Part shown: piece after piece, positions 18,009-28,273 of the stretch
Position numbering within the stretch: position 1 is the stretch's first letter
Layout of the letters: each line of letters starts with the position of its first letter
Source of the DNA: Clostridia bacterium
Lineage (GTDB): Bacteria; Bacillota; Clostridia; Oscillospirales; CAG-272
DNA length: 61,735 nt
Assembly: GCA_017545225.1 (NCBI GenBank)
Contig: JAFWPR010000005.1
Span: 1-61,735 of the forward strand
Direction of reading: 5' to 3'
The notes under the pieces: generated by a model
What the model saw: the letters and a program-made list of their open reading frames with translations, nothing else
The model's database searches: none
What the model was told of the DNA's origin: nothing
Made by a program: the position numbers and the translations under genes

Positions 18009-21000
18009 ATGACAAAAAAGAGTTGCCGCAGGATAATTTCGGCTTTCCTTGCGGCGGTGATGGCGGCGGGTATCTTGTCCCTGCCCGGCTTTGCGGCGGA
18101 TAAATCCGTCGCGGAGGAGGAGCAGGAAAGAGTCAGTCAGTCCATATTGGACGTGATAACGGCTATCTCTTACGACAAGTACGACGACCTTCACAAAGAC
18201 GCGCCGTCTGCGACAAAGGCGGTAACGGTCAACGCGGCAGACGCCGTGATCGAAGACGCCGAGAAGACGACCTCCGAGGTCTCGGTTGAGGAGCATCTCG
18301 GCAGACGTTCGCTTCACACGTCGGAGACCGGAAAGGTGACGTTCAGGATCGACGTCCCCGAGACGGCGAGGTACGTCCTCAAGGTGGACTACTGCTCCGT
18401 GTCGGACAAGATAAACGCCGTGGAGAGGATCCTTTACATAAACGACAAGGTCCCGTTCTCCGAGGCGCGCCTTCTCCAGATGAAGAAGATCTGGAAATAC
18501 GAATACACGGAGCAGGAAGACGGAACGATGCGTTTCAAGGTCGACGGCTCGGGCAACGAGCTCCGTCCGACGCTGAAGCCGGATCACGTCTGGCAGACTT
18601 ACGTATGCGTCGACAGAGACGGCCTGCATACCGATCCCTTCGAGATCTACCTTGAAGCGGGCGAAAACGAGATAACGTTCCAGGCGGAGAGAGAAGAAGC
18701 GTATTTCGCCGACATTACCCTCTGTCCCGCCGAGGAAGTCCCGACGTACGAGGAAGTCAAGGCGGAGTATGATCGCAAGGGCTACGCCGCAGGCGCCGAC
18801 GTCATAAAGATCCAGGCGGAGGAGCCGTCGGCGGTCTCCGATTCGACGCTCTTCCCGAACAACAACAGAACGTCCGCGGTCACCGAGCCGCAGCACGCGA
18901 CTAAGTATCTGCTCAACGCGATCGGAGACGCTACCTCCGGATACGCGAACGGCCAGTGGACGGAATACACGTTCGATATAGAGACCCCCGGCCTTTACAC
19001 CGTCGTGCTCAGGTACAAGCAGTCGTTCTCCTCGGGAGTGTTCGTCTCGAGAAAGATCGTCGTCGACGGCGAGCTTCCCTACAAGGAAGCGGGCAATATC
19101 AGATTCTATTCCGGAAACAAATGGAACGTGACCGAGGCGAAGACCTCCGAGGACGAAACTCTCCGGTTCTATTTTGAAAAGGGCAAGCACACCGTCCGCA
19201 TCGAGACGACGCTCGGCGATATGGCCGATATCATCAGGCGCGTCGCGAACGTTCAGACGAGCGTCAACGCGGACTATCTGCAGATACTGCGCCTCACCGG
19301 AGCGAATCCGGATGAGTACCGCGACTACGGATTCAAGCGCGTCATGCCCGAGACGATCAAGGACCTTTACGCCGAATCGAAGGTCCTGAACCAGTGCATC
19401 GACGAGCTGCGCGAGTTCAGCAAGAGCCGATCCGAGATGACGGCGATGCTCGAACAGGCGGCTATCCTCATGGAGAAGATGGGCAGCGACGAGGACGAGA
19501 TCGCGAAGAACCTCTCCGACCTCAAGACGCAGCTCGGTACGGTCGGTTCGTGGGTCATAAACGCGAAAGACCAGCCGCTCCAGCTTGACTATATCATCAT
19601 CCAGCCCGCCGGGGAGAAACTCCCCAACGCCGAGGCGAATTTCTTCCAGGCGATGGGCTACGAGTTCGGTCAGTTCTTCGGCTCGTTCTTCACCGACTAC
19701 GGCGCGATGGGCGTCGAGGATCTCTCCGCAGACACTACCTCGACTCTCGACGCGTGGACCGCGAAGGGCCGCGACCAGGCGCAGATCATCAGAACTCAGA
19801 TAAACAACAAGTTCGCTCCCGCGACGGGAACGGCGGTCAACCTCAAGCTCGTCGCAGGCGACGCGCTCCTTCCTGCGATCCTCGCGGGCATCGGCCCCGA
19901 CGTCGCGCTCGAGGGTATGGCGGGTCAGACGGCCTCCGGCGCGTCGGGCGACATCATGGACTACGCGCTCCGCGGAGCGCTCGTCCCGATCTACGGCGAG
20001 AAAGCCGAAAACGGCGGCTTTTCAGACTTCCCCGAGATCGAAAAGAGGTTCTCCCCCAGCGCGTTCATCAACCTCAATCTCTACGGAACGATCTACGGAC
20101 TGCCCGTCGGCCAGGAATGGGATATGCTCTTCTACCGCTCCGACGTTCTGGCTGCGCTCGGCCTCACCGTGCCGGATACGTGGGACGACCTGCTCGCGAT
20201 GATCCCGATCCTCCAGTTCAACAACATGGACGTCGGTATCGGGGCGAGCGACAGCCTGCTTGCGACGCTGACGTTCCAGAGAGGATCGACGATCTGGGCG
20301 GACAACGGAATGAGGATCAACTTCGACTCCAACGCCTGCCTCGAGGCGTTCGACATGATGGCAAGCCTGTACACGCAGTACGGCCTGCCGATCGCATTCG
20401 ACGGCGCGAACAGGTTCAGGACCGGCGAGCTTCCCGTCATGATCGGCGGCTATGCCTCCACTTACAACTCCATCGTGGTTTACGCGACGGAGCTCGCGGG
20501 CCTCTGGGACTTCGCTCCGATCCCCGGAACCCGTCAGGCGGACGGTACGGTAAACCGCACCGCCAACACGAGCGGCGACCCGGTGACGATGCCGAAGGAC
20601 TGCCGCGACAAGGAAAAGGCGTGGGAGTTCATGAAGTGGTACACGGATAAAGACTTCCAGTCGTCCTACGCGAACGAATTGATCGCCTTGATGGGCGAGG
20701 CCGCAAAGTACGCGACCGCGAACCTCGAAGCTCTCGAGGAGATGAGCTGGACGCAGCACGAGTACGAACAGCTGATGATCCAGTCCAAATCGCTCAGCGG
20801 CTATCAGTCGTACCCAGGCAAATACTTCATAAAGCGTTACGTCACGTTCTCTATCCAGAACGTTTACAACCAGAAGGCCGACCCGATCGAAACGATCCTC
20901 GGATACGTGCCTACGATAAACAAGGAGATAACGAGAAAGAGGACCGAGTTCGGACTCGAAACGGTCAGCGCCGGTCAGACGCTCGGAACGAAGCGCCTCG

Positions 21001-21212
21001 ACGAGGCGAAGGAACTCCTTGATGCCGTACCCGAGGCCGAGAGATCGAAATACGGACCGCTCTACAACTCGTTCGAGACCGCTTACGCGAGGCGCGACGC
21101 AGGACTGATCAGAAGCTCGGCGTCGGCGTTCGAAGCGGCGGATGCGGATCTGTTCGGCGACGCGGTCGCCAAACTCAACGAGGCGGCGAACGCCTTCGAC
21201 ACTTATGATTGA
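18009..21212 (+). CDS. Giant extracellular solute-binding protein with N-terminal CBM-like beta-sandwich domains
   Basis: Signal peptide ending LPGFAA. CBM6/35-like motifs VTFRIDVPETARYVLKVDY and WTEYTFDIETPGLYTVVLRY. C-terminal SBP motifs IYGLPVGQEWDMLFYRSD, VPDTWDDL, KEKAWEFMKW. Confidence 0.88.
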   Translation: MTKKSCRRIISAFLAAVMAAGILSLPGFAADKSVAEEEQERVSQSILDVITAISYDKYDDLHKDAPSATKAVTVNAADAVIEDAEKTTSEVSVEEHLGRRSLHTSETGKVTFRIDVPETARYVLKVDYCSVSDKINAVERILYINDKVPFSEARLLQMKKIWKYEYTEQEDGTMRFKVDGSGNELRPTLKPDHVWQTYVCVDRDGLHTDPFEIYLEAGENEITFQAEREEAYFADITLCPAEEVPTYEEVKAEYDRKGYAAGADVIKIQAEEPSAVSDSTLFPNNNRTSAVTEPQHATKYLLNAIGDATSGYANGQWTEYTFDIETPGLYTVVLRYKQSFSSGVFVSRKIVVDGELPYKEAGNIRFYSGNKWNVTEAKTSEDETLRFYFEKGKHTVRIETTLGDMADIIRRVANVQTSVNADYLQILRLTGANPDEYRDYGFKRVMPETIKDLYAESKVLNQCIDELREFSKSRSEMTAMLEQAAILMEKMGSDEDEIAKNLSDLKTQLGTVGSWVINAKDQPLQLDYIIIQPAGEKLPNAEANFFQAMGYEFGQFFGSFFTDYGAMGVEDLSADTTSTLDAWTAKGRDQAQIIRTQINNKFAPATGTAVNLKLVAGDALLPAILAGIGPDVALEGMAGQTASGASGDIMDYALRGALVPIYGEKAENGGFSDFPEIEKRFSPSAFINLNLYGTIYGLPVGQEWDMLFYRSDVLAALGLTVPDTWDDLLAMIPILQFNNMDVGIGASDSLLATLTFQRGSTIWADNGMRINFDSNACLEAFDMMASLYTQYGLPIAFDGANRFRTGELPVMIGGYASTYNSIVVYATELAGLWDFAPIPGTRQADGTVNRTANTSGDPVTMPKDCRDKEKAWEFMKWYTDKDFQSSYANELIALMGEAAKYATANLEALEEMSWTQHEYEQLMIQSKSLSGYQSYPGKYFIKRYVTFSIQNVYNQKADPIETILGYVPTINKEITRKRTEFGLETVSAGQTLGTKRLDEAKELLDAVPEAERSKYGPLYNSFETAYARRDAGLIRSSASAFEAADADLFGDAVAKLNEAANAFDTYD

Positions 21213-21246
21213 GCCCGTGCGGTCACATCAGGAGAGGAGATAGTAT

Positions 21247-22191
21247 ATGGCGAAAGAAACAAAAGTCGTCTCCCGTAAAAACATGACCAAAAGGGCGTGG
21301 ACGTGGCACCTCATGAAACAGAACAAGATCGGCTACCTCATGGTGGCGCCTTACATGATCCTGTTCTTCCTGTTCACGTTTACCCCCGTCGTTCTCTCGC
21401 TGGTCATCGGTTTTACAGACTTTAACATGCTGCAGTTTCCGCACTGGGTCGGGATGCAGAACTACGTCACGATGTTCCTTGACGACGAGCTGTTCATAGA
21501 AGCGCTCAAATGGACGCTGTTCTTCGCGCTCGTCACCGGACCCGCTTCGTACCTGCTCTCGTTCATCGTCGCGTGGTTCATCAACGACCTCAACCCGCGC
21601 ATCCGCGCGCTCGTAACGGTCGTCTTCTACGCGCCGTCCCTCGGCGGCAACGCGTATCTGATCTGGCAGACGCTGTTCTCCGGCGACTCGTACGGTTGGG
21701 TCAACGGCTGGCTGATCAAGATGGGGGTGATCAACGCACCTATCCAGTTCTTCTCGCATCCGGCCTACATCTTGCCGCTCGTTATCACCGTCGCGCTGTG
21801 GCAGTCGCTCGGTATCTCGTTCCTGTCGTTCATCGCGGGTCTTCAGGGTATCGACAGGAGCCAGTATGAGGCGGCGGCGATCGACGGAGTCAAGAACAGA
21901 TGGCAGGAGGCGTGGTACGTCACCCTGCCCAACATGAAACCTCAGCTTATGTTCGGTGCGGTCATGGCGATCACCGGAGCGTTCGGCTTCGGCGGCGTCG
22001 TGACGGCGCTGTGCGGCAGTCCCCCGGTGGACTACATAGGATACACGCTGTCGCACCATATAAGCGAGTACGGTACGATCAGGTGGGAGGTCGGGTATTC
22101 CTCGGCGCTCACGTTCGTGATGTTCCTCATCATGATCGGGGCGAACCTCCTCGTCACTAAAGTTATTTCAAAGGTGGGCCAGTCTGCATGA
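21247..22191 (+). CDS. Carbohydrate ABC transporter permease (MalF-type)
   Basis: WVGMQNY; EAA loop YEAAAIDG...VTLPNMKP. Confidence 0.95.
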   Translation: MAKETKVVSRKNMTKRAWTWHLMKQNKIGYLMVAPYMILFFLFTFTPVVLSLVIGFTDFNMLQFPHWVGMQNYVTMFLDDELFIEALKWTLFFALVTGPASYLLSFIVAWFINDLNPRIRALVTVVFYAPSLGGNAYLIWQTLFSGDSYGWVNGWLIKMGVINAPIQFFSHPAYILPLVITVALWQSLGISFLSFIAGLQGIDRSQYEAAAIDGVKNRWQEAWYVTLPNMKPQLMFGAVMAITGAFGFGGVVTALCGSPPVDYIGYTLSHHISEYGTIRWEVGYSSALTFVMFLIMIGANLLVTKVISKVGQSA

Positions 22192-23060
22192 AAAAGCTAA
22201 GAACAAGACGGCACGCCGTCGTACTCAACCGGTCGCGCGGGGGCGACGCCGGTATCACGGTAGCGCTCTTCATCCTCGGTTTCATCATGGTCGTACCGCT
22301 CTTCTACGCGGTGCTCCAGTCGTTCAAACCGCTTGACGAGTTTTTCGTATTCCCCCCGCGATTCTTCGTTTCGCATCCTACCCTCAGCAACTATCAGGAT
22401 CTGTTCTATCTGATGAGCACCTCCTGGGTGCCCTTCTCGCGCTACATCTTCAACACGGTGTTCATCTCCGTCGCCGGTACGTTCGGCCACCTGGTCTGCG
22501 CGTCCCTCGCGGCTTACGTCATGTCGAAGATGGAACTGCCCGGAAAGACCGCAATGTTCCAGATGGTCCAGAAATCCCTTATGTTCAACATGGGCGTCAT
22601 GGGCACGATGACGTTCGTCATCCTCAGATACCTCGGGTGGGTCGACACCTACTGGGCGGTAATCATACCCGCCTTCCAGCAGTCGCTCGGCCTGTACCTG
22701 ATGAAGCAGTTCATGGACTCCAACGTATCCAAGGAGATCCTCGAGTCGGCGCGTCTTGACGGCGCGCGCGAATTCAGGATATTCTGGTCGATCGCGATGC
22801 CGATGGTCAAGCCCGCGTGGCTGACCCTGATCATCTACTGCTTCAAGGATCTGTGGAATCAGGGAACGAGCTCGGCGATCTACTCCGAACAGCTCAAGAC
22901 GCTCAACGCGGGGCTCGGTCAGATCGCCGCGGGCGGCGTGGCGCGTTCCGGCGTCGCCGCCGCTTCCACCGTCGTAATGATGATCGTGCCGATCATCGTG
23001 TTCGTTATCATGCAGTCGAACGTCATCGAGACGATGGGTTCGAGCGGTATGAAAGATTAA
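22188..23060 (+). CDS. Carbohydrate ABC transporter permease (MalG-type)
   Basis: PTLSNY; LESARLDGAREFRIFWSIAMPMVKP. Confidence 0.95.
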   Translation: MKKLRTRRHAVVLNRSRGGDAGITVALFILGFIMVVPLFYAVLQSFKPLDEFFVFPPRFFVSHPTLSNYQDLFYLMSTSWVPFSRYIFNTVFISVAGTFGHLVCASLAAYVMSKMELPGKTAMFQMVQKSLMFNMGVMGTMTFVILRYLGWVDTYWAVIIPAFQQSLGLYLMKQFMDSNVSKEILESARLDGAREFRIFWSIAMPMVKPAWLTLIIYCFKDLWNQGTSSAIYSEQLKTLNAGLGQIAAGGVARSGVAAASTVVMMIVPIIVFVIMQSNVIETMGSSGMKD

Positions 23061-23073
23061 GGAGGGTCTCTAC

Positions 23074-25224
23074 ATGAAAATTATAACTCGGATCCTCCTC
23101 GGCCTGATCATCGCCGCGACGCTCCTCCCGCTCGCGGCGGGAGCGGCTCCGTACACGACGTACACGTACTCGAAGGAACAGGGGCCGGACGGAAACGCAA
23201 CGATCCTGACCTCTCCGGACGCTTACGTTCCGGACAGAGTCATCACCTCCGATTTCATCGGACTCGGCGAGACTCCGTTCGACGATCCGCGCGATATCTT
23301 CGTCGGACCCGACGAGAAGGTCTATCTCGTCGACGCGGCGAACGCCAGGGTCATCGTAATGGACCGCTACTACAAACTCGACTTCATTATTGATACGTTC
23401 AATAACGAATACGGAGTACCCGACACGTTCTCGGGTCCCTCCGGCGTCTTCGTCAACGACGAGCACATCTACGTCTGCGACACGGACAACAACCGTATCG
23501 TCATGTTCGATACGGAAGGCAACTACATTAAAATAATTGAAAAACCGCAGTCGACGATCTTCGAGGAAGGCTCGATCTACAAACCGATCGCCGTCGCGGT
23601 CGACGATTTCGGCAGACTCTTCGTCATCTCCTCCACGACCTACCAGGGCGTCATCGTCATGGACGAGAACTCGGTGTTCTCCGGCTTCATCGGAGCGCAG
23701 AAGGATACCGTGAACATCTTCCAGGCGATCATGAGAAGATTCCAGACGCAGGAGCAGAGAGAACAGAGCGCCGAGATCACCTCCAAAGAGCTGAACAACA
23801 TCGAGATCGATAAGGACGGGTTCCTCTACGTAACGACGTCCTCGATCGACCCGGCGATGCAGCAGTCGGCGATCAAGCCCGGATCGACGGATAACGACTA
23901 CGCTCCGGTCAAGAAGCTGAACTCCTCCGGCGAGGACATCATGAAGCGCAACGGCTTCTACCCGCCGTCCGGCGAGGTCAGCGTCGCCACCGCCGCGACC
24001 GCCGAGATCAAGGGCGCGTCCGTCATAGTCGACGCGGCCGTCGGTCCCGAGGGAACGTGGTCGATCATCGACCAGAAGCGCTCCAAGGTGTTCACCTACG
24101 ACGACAACGGCAACCTGCTGTTCGCGTTCGGCGACAAGGGAGACCAGGTCGGCAACGTCGCCCAGGTCTGCGGGATCACGTATCAGGGATCGAAGATCAT
24201 CCTGCTCGACAACCAGAACGACTGCTTCGTCGTTTACAGAAGGACCGAGTACGGCGATCTCCTCCTGAACGCTCTCAAGAACGACAACGACAGAAAGTAC
24301 AACGAGGCGATCAACGACTGGACCGAGATCCTGAAGCGCAACAACAACTACGAGATCGCGTACGTCCAGATCGGTAAAGCGCTTTACCGCGACGGTAAGT
24401 ACGAAGAATCGATGCAGCACTACGAGTCGATCAAGGAGACGACCGAGTGGTCCAAGTCCTACGCCGAGATCAGAAAAGACTGGGCGAACAAGTACTTCTG
24501 GATCATCCCGATCATCATAGTCGCGGTCTTCATCCTGGTCGTCAAGTTCTTCGCGTACGCCCGCAAAGTCAACGCGAGGGCTGCGCTCAAGATCGGACGT
24601 AAGAGTCTGCGGGAGGAACTGATATACGCGTTCCACGTCATATTCCATCCTTTCGACGGCTTCTGGGATCTGAAGCACGAGAGGCGCGGCTCCGTCCGCA
24701 GCGCGACGATCATCCTGCTCATCACGGTGCTCGCGTTCTTCTACCGTTCGGTCGGTTACGGTTATGTCGCCAAGCCCAACGACGCGGACGCGCTCTCCAT
24801 TCTCGGAACGGTCGCGGCGGTCATCATGCCGCTCGGCCTGTTCGCCGTTGCGAACTGGTGCTTCACCACTCTGTTCGAGGGCGAGGGCTCGCTTAAAGAC
24901 ATTTACGTGGCGTGCTGCTATTCGCTGACTCCTTTGCCGATGTTCATCATCCTTGAGACCGTTCTCTCGAACTTCATTCTCAAATCCGAAACGGGTATAA
25001 TCAATCTCCTCTACACGGTAGCGATGCTGTGGATGGGACTGCTCATCTTCTTCGGAATGATGATAACGCACGACTACTCGATATTCAAAAACATTATAAC
25101 GTTAATAGCAACGATCATCGGGATGATGTTCCTGATGTTCGTCGGCCTTCTGTTCGTAGCGCTCATGGGGCGTATGTGGTCCTTCATCCGCAATATCGCC
25201 GTCGAGCTTGCGTTCCGAACGTAA
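23074..25224 (+). CDS. NHL-repeat/TPR/YIP1-domain membrane protein
   Basis: Signal peptide; NHL repeats (FDDPRDIFV..VYLVDAANARV, FSGPSGVFV..IYVCDTDNNRIV); TPR-like AYVQIGKALYRDGKYEES; TM; YIP1-like HVIFHPFDGFWDLK plus about 5 TMs. Confidence 0.85.
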   Translation: MKIITRILLGLIIAATLLPLAAGAAPYTTYTYSKEQGPDGNATILTSPDAYVPDRVITSDFIGLGETPFDDPRDIFVGPDEKVYLVDAANARVIVMDRYYKLDFIIDTFNNEYGVPDTFSGPSGVFVNDEHIYVCDTDNNRIVMFDTEGNYIKIIEKPQSTIFEEGSIYKPIAVAVDDFGRLFVISSTTYQGVIVMDENSVFSGFIGAQKDTVNIFQAIMRRFQTQEQREQSAEITSKELNNIEIDKDGFLYVTTSSIDPAMQQSAIKPGSTDNDYAPVKKLNSSGEDIMKRNGFYPPSGEVSVATAATAEIKGASVIVDAAVGPEGTWSIIDQKRSKVFTYDDNGNLLFAFGDKGDQVGNVAQVCGITYQGSKIILLDNQNDCFVVYRRTEYGDLLLNALKNDNDRKYNEAINDWTEILKRNNNYEIAYVQIGKALYRDGKYEESMQHYESIKETTEWSKSYAEIRKDWANKYFWIIPIIIVAVFILVVKFFAYARKVNARAALKIGRKSLREELIYAFHVIFHPFDGFWDLKHERRGSVRSATIILLITVLAFFYRSVGYGYVAKPNDADALSILGTVAAVIMPLGLFAVANWCFTTLFEGEGSLKDIYVACCYSLTPLPMFIILETVLSNFILKSETGIINLLYTVAMLWMGLLIFFGMMITHDYSIFKNIITLIATIIGMMFLMFVGLLFVALMGRMWSFIRNIAVELAFRT

Positions 25225-25242
25225 AGAAGGAGGGTTGAAAAT

Positions 25243-28200
25243 ATGAAAATCATCAAATTTCTGTCGACTCTCCTGGCGCTGATCTTCATAATTTCCGCTT
25301 TCCCGCTCGCCGCATTCGCCGAGGGGGATGACGAGACCGAAGACGCCGCCGTGACCGAAACGATCGACGAGACCGAAGACGCCGAAGACGGCGAGGACTC
25401 CGAAGGAGGCGAGTCGTCCGACGGCAAGATCAACTATATGAACGACGGGTTCGCGAGCAGACAGGAAAAACTCGATACGATGTCGGTCGTCCGCGAACAG
25501 GACGGCTACCGTCTGTGGTACGAGGATTACACCGGCGAAGTCGCGATCGAGCAGATCTCGACCGGAGAGGTCCTCTTCACCAACCCGTACGACATTTCCG
25601 CAAAGGGTTCGAAGATCTCGACCACGGTGAAAAAACAGCTGCTCTCGCAGATCCGCCTCACCTACCTCGACAACGAGAAAGAGACCGAGATGTATTCCTT
25701 CGTGGAGGCCGCCGAGAGGGACCAGATCCACCTGAAGAACATCAAGAACGGTATCCGCGTCGAGTACACGCTCGGTGAGGACGCCGTGCAGAGACTCGTT
25801 CCCCGTATGATAAGCGTCGAACGCTTTGAGAAGTTCATATCCGGACCTCTTCAGGAAGCGGTCGACGAGAACGTGCCCGGCGCGCTCTTCGCGCAGACGA
25901 AGCTGATGGGCTTCTTCACCGAGAAGAACCTCGCGAAGGCTACGACCGACAAGGCGGTCAGAGATATGATCGCCACGTTCCCGATCGTCAAACAGATGGC
26001 GGTCTGGGTCTGCGACACGTCGGTCTCCGCGGCGCGACTCAAGGAGCTTGAGACGTACATCAAGACGTACTGTCCCAAGTACACCTACGAGGAACTCGAA
26101 TCCGACAACGAACAGACCGGTTACGTCAACACGGACGCGGCGCCGCCGAGATTCACGATGGCGCTCGAGTACACGATCTCCGAAGATGGCGTACAGGTCA
26201 GCCTGCCGGCAAACGGAATCTCCTTCGACGAGGAAGCGTACCCGCTGAAAGAGATCAGCATCCTGCCTTACATAGGAGCGGGAAGCAGCAAGTTCACCGG
26301 CTACACGTTCCTGCCGGACGGCTCCGGTACGATCATAAGGTACGAGGACATTCAGGACAACATCTACAAGAAATCAGGTCAGATGTACGGTCCCGACTAC
26401 GCGTACCACGAGATCAAGTCGGGCAACGAGCAGACGATGAGGATGCCCGTGTTCGGACTGGTAACGCAGTACTCCAATCCGCTCGCCGCTCCGGAAGAGG
26501 GAGTTCCGATCTACAACGATTCCGGCTTCCTCGCGATCATCACCGAGGGCGACTCGATGGCGACGCTGACGAGCGAACACGGCGGAACGCTCTACGGTTA
26601 CAACCACGTTTACGCGACGTTCAACCCGCGTCCGAGCGACAGTTACAACCTTGCGGATTCGATCTCCGTATCGGGGACCGACGCGAAGTGGACCGTCACC
26701 TCGGAGAGACGGTATACCGGAAGGTACACGATCAAGCTCGTGATGCTGAACGGCGTCCATGACGGCAAGGGCTACGAACCGTCGTACGTCGGTATGGCGG
26801 AAGCGTACCGAGATCACCTCTACGCGAACGGCACGCTTGAAAGACTCGAGGCGTCGGACAATCTGCCGCTCTTCATCGAGTCGTTCGGCTCGATCAAGAC
26901 GACGAAGAGAGTCGCCTCCGTTCCCGTCAAGGTCAACGCCCCGCTCACGACTTTCGAAAACGTCGAGACGATGGCGGACGAACTGAAGGCGGAGGGCATC
27001 GACAGCGTCAACTTCAAGCTTCGCGGCTTCGCGAACGGCGGTCTGGTCTCGACTATGCCGTACAAGCTGAAGTGGGTCGGAGAGCTCGGAGGCAACAGCG
27101 GCTTCACCGATCTCATCTCGTACGCGAACGAGAACGGCGTCGGGATCTATCCCGATTTCGACTTCGCCTACATGTACGTCAAGGACGCGTTCGACGGAGT
27201 CAATCTCAAGAACAACGCCGTCAAGACGATCGACGACCGCTACAACAGGAAGAAGGAGTACGACCCGGCTTATCAGTCGCTGATGCTGATCTCGGATATG
27301 GACAACAGCATGAGCATGACGGCGATCTCGCCCGCGTCGTTCGACTACTTCTTCAGCAAGTTTACAGGCAACTATTCGGGATACGGCAACAAGGCGATCT
27401 CGATGTCGTCCCTCGGATCGGATCTGAACTCCGATTTCAACAAGAACGATCCGTACCACCGCGAGGACAGCAAGGATATCACGACCGAACTGCTCGCGAG
27501 GGCGAAAGAGGATTACGACACCGTGATGGTCGCGGGCGGCAACGCGTACGCTTACGAGTACGCGGACGTCATCTCCGATATGGCGCTCACGTCGTCCGAA
27601 TACATCTACGCGTCGGGCTCAGTCCCGTTCATGGGCATGGTGCTCCACGGAGCGAAGACGATCATGGGCGAGCCGCTCAACATGGAAGGCGACCCCGACG
27701 AAGCGCTCCTGCGCGCGATCGAAAACGGCGCGACGATAAACTTCACTCTCTCGTATCAGAACACCGACAAGCTCAAGGACAGCGGTTACTGGAGACGGTA
27801 CTACTCGGTTTCCTACGAGATCTGGAAGGACGACGTCGTTGAGTATTACAACACGCTGAACGACGCGACGAAAGACCTTCAGGACAAACTCATCGTCGGT
27901 CACAAATACGTGAGCGCGAAGAGGATCCCGGACGAGGACGAACTCGAAGCGGACGCAAAAGAACTTGAAGAACTCCAGGCTGAAGCGCAGGAAAAGCTCA
28001 AAGCCGAAGAGGAAAAGAACGCCAAGATCGCGAGAAGAAACGAGCGTCTCGGCAAGAGTTCCACGGTCGTTCCGTCGAAGATCAAGATCCCGACCGAGAT
28101 CGACACGAGCAAGTACGAAGTGACGGGCGGATCGGTCGTCGAGGTCGAATACGAAGGCGGAGTCAGGTTCCTGCTCAACTTCAACTCGTTCGACGTCACG

Positions 28201-28260
28201 GCGGTGTTCGAAGGCACGGAATACACGATCGAAGCCATGGGCTTCATAAGAATAGGTTAA
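25243..28260 (+). CDS. Large secreted DUF5696-like protein (putative glycoside-hydrolase-like fold)
   Basis: Signal peptide ending PLAAFA; acidic linker; GYTFLPDGSGTII, RMPVFG, LAIITEGDS, LTTFENV, LGGNSGF, VPFMGMVLHG motifs recalled for this family. Confidence 0.75.
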   Translation: MKIIKFLSTLLALIFIISAFPLAAFAEGDDETEDAAVTETIDETEDAEDGEDSEGGESSDGKINYMNDGFASRQEKLDTMSVVREQDGYRLWYEDYTGEVAIEQISTGEVLFTNPYDISAKGSKISTTVKKQLLSQIRLTYLDNEKETEMYSFVEAAERDQIHLKNIKNGIRVEYTLGEDAVQRLVPRMISVERFEKFISGPLQEAVDENVPGALFAQTKLMGFFTEKNLAKATTDKAVRDMIATFPIVKQMAVWVCDTSVSAARLKELETYIKTYCPKYTYEELESDNEQTGYVNTDAAPPRFTMALEYTISEDGVQVSLPANGISFDEEAYPLKEISILPYIGAGSSKFTGYTFLPDGSGTIIRYEDIQDNIYKKSGQMYGPDYAYHEIKSGNEQTMRMPVFGLVTQYSNPLAAPEEGVPIYNDSGFLAIITEGDSMATLTSEHGGTLYGYNHVYATFNPRPSDSYNLADSISVSGTDAKWTVTSERRYTGRYTIKLVMLNGVHDGKGYEPSYVGMAEAYRDHLYANGTLERLEASDNLPLFIESFGSIKTTKRVASVPVKVNAPLTTFENVETMADELKAEGIDSVNFKLRGFANGGLVSTMPYKLKWVGELGGNSGFTDLISYANENGVGIYPDFDFAYMYVKDAFDGVNLKNNAVKTIDDRYNRKKEYDPAYQSLMLISDMDNSMSMTAISPASFDYFFSKFTGNYSGYGNKAISMSSLGSDLNSDFNKNDPYHREDSKDITTELLARAKEDYDTVMVAGGNAYAYEYADVISDMALTSSEYIYASGSVPFMGMVLHGAKTIMGEPLNMEGDPDEALLRAIENGATINFTLSYQNTDKLKDSGYWRRYYSVSYEIWKDDVVEYYNTLNDATKDLQDKLIVGHKYVSAKRIPDEDELEADAKELEELQAEAQEKLKAEEEKNAKIARRNERLGKSSTVVPSKIKIPTEIDTSKYEVTGGSVVEVEYEGGVRFLLNFNSFDVTAVFEGTEYTIEAMGFIRIG

Positions 28261-28273
28261 GGAGGTGCGGGGT

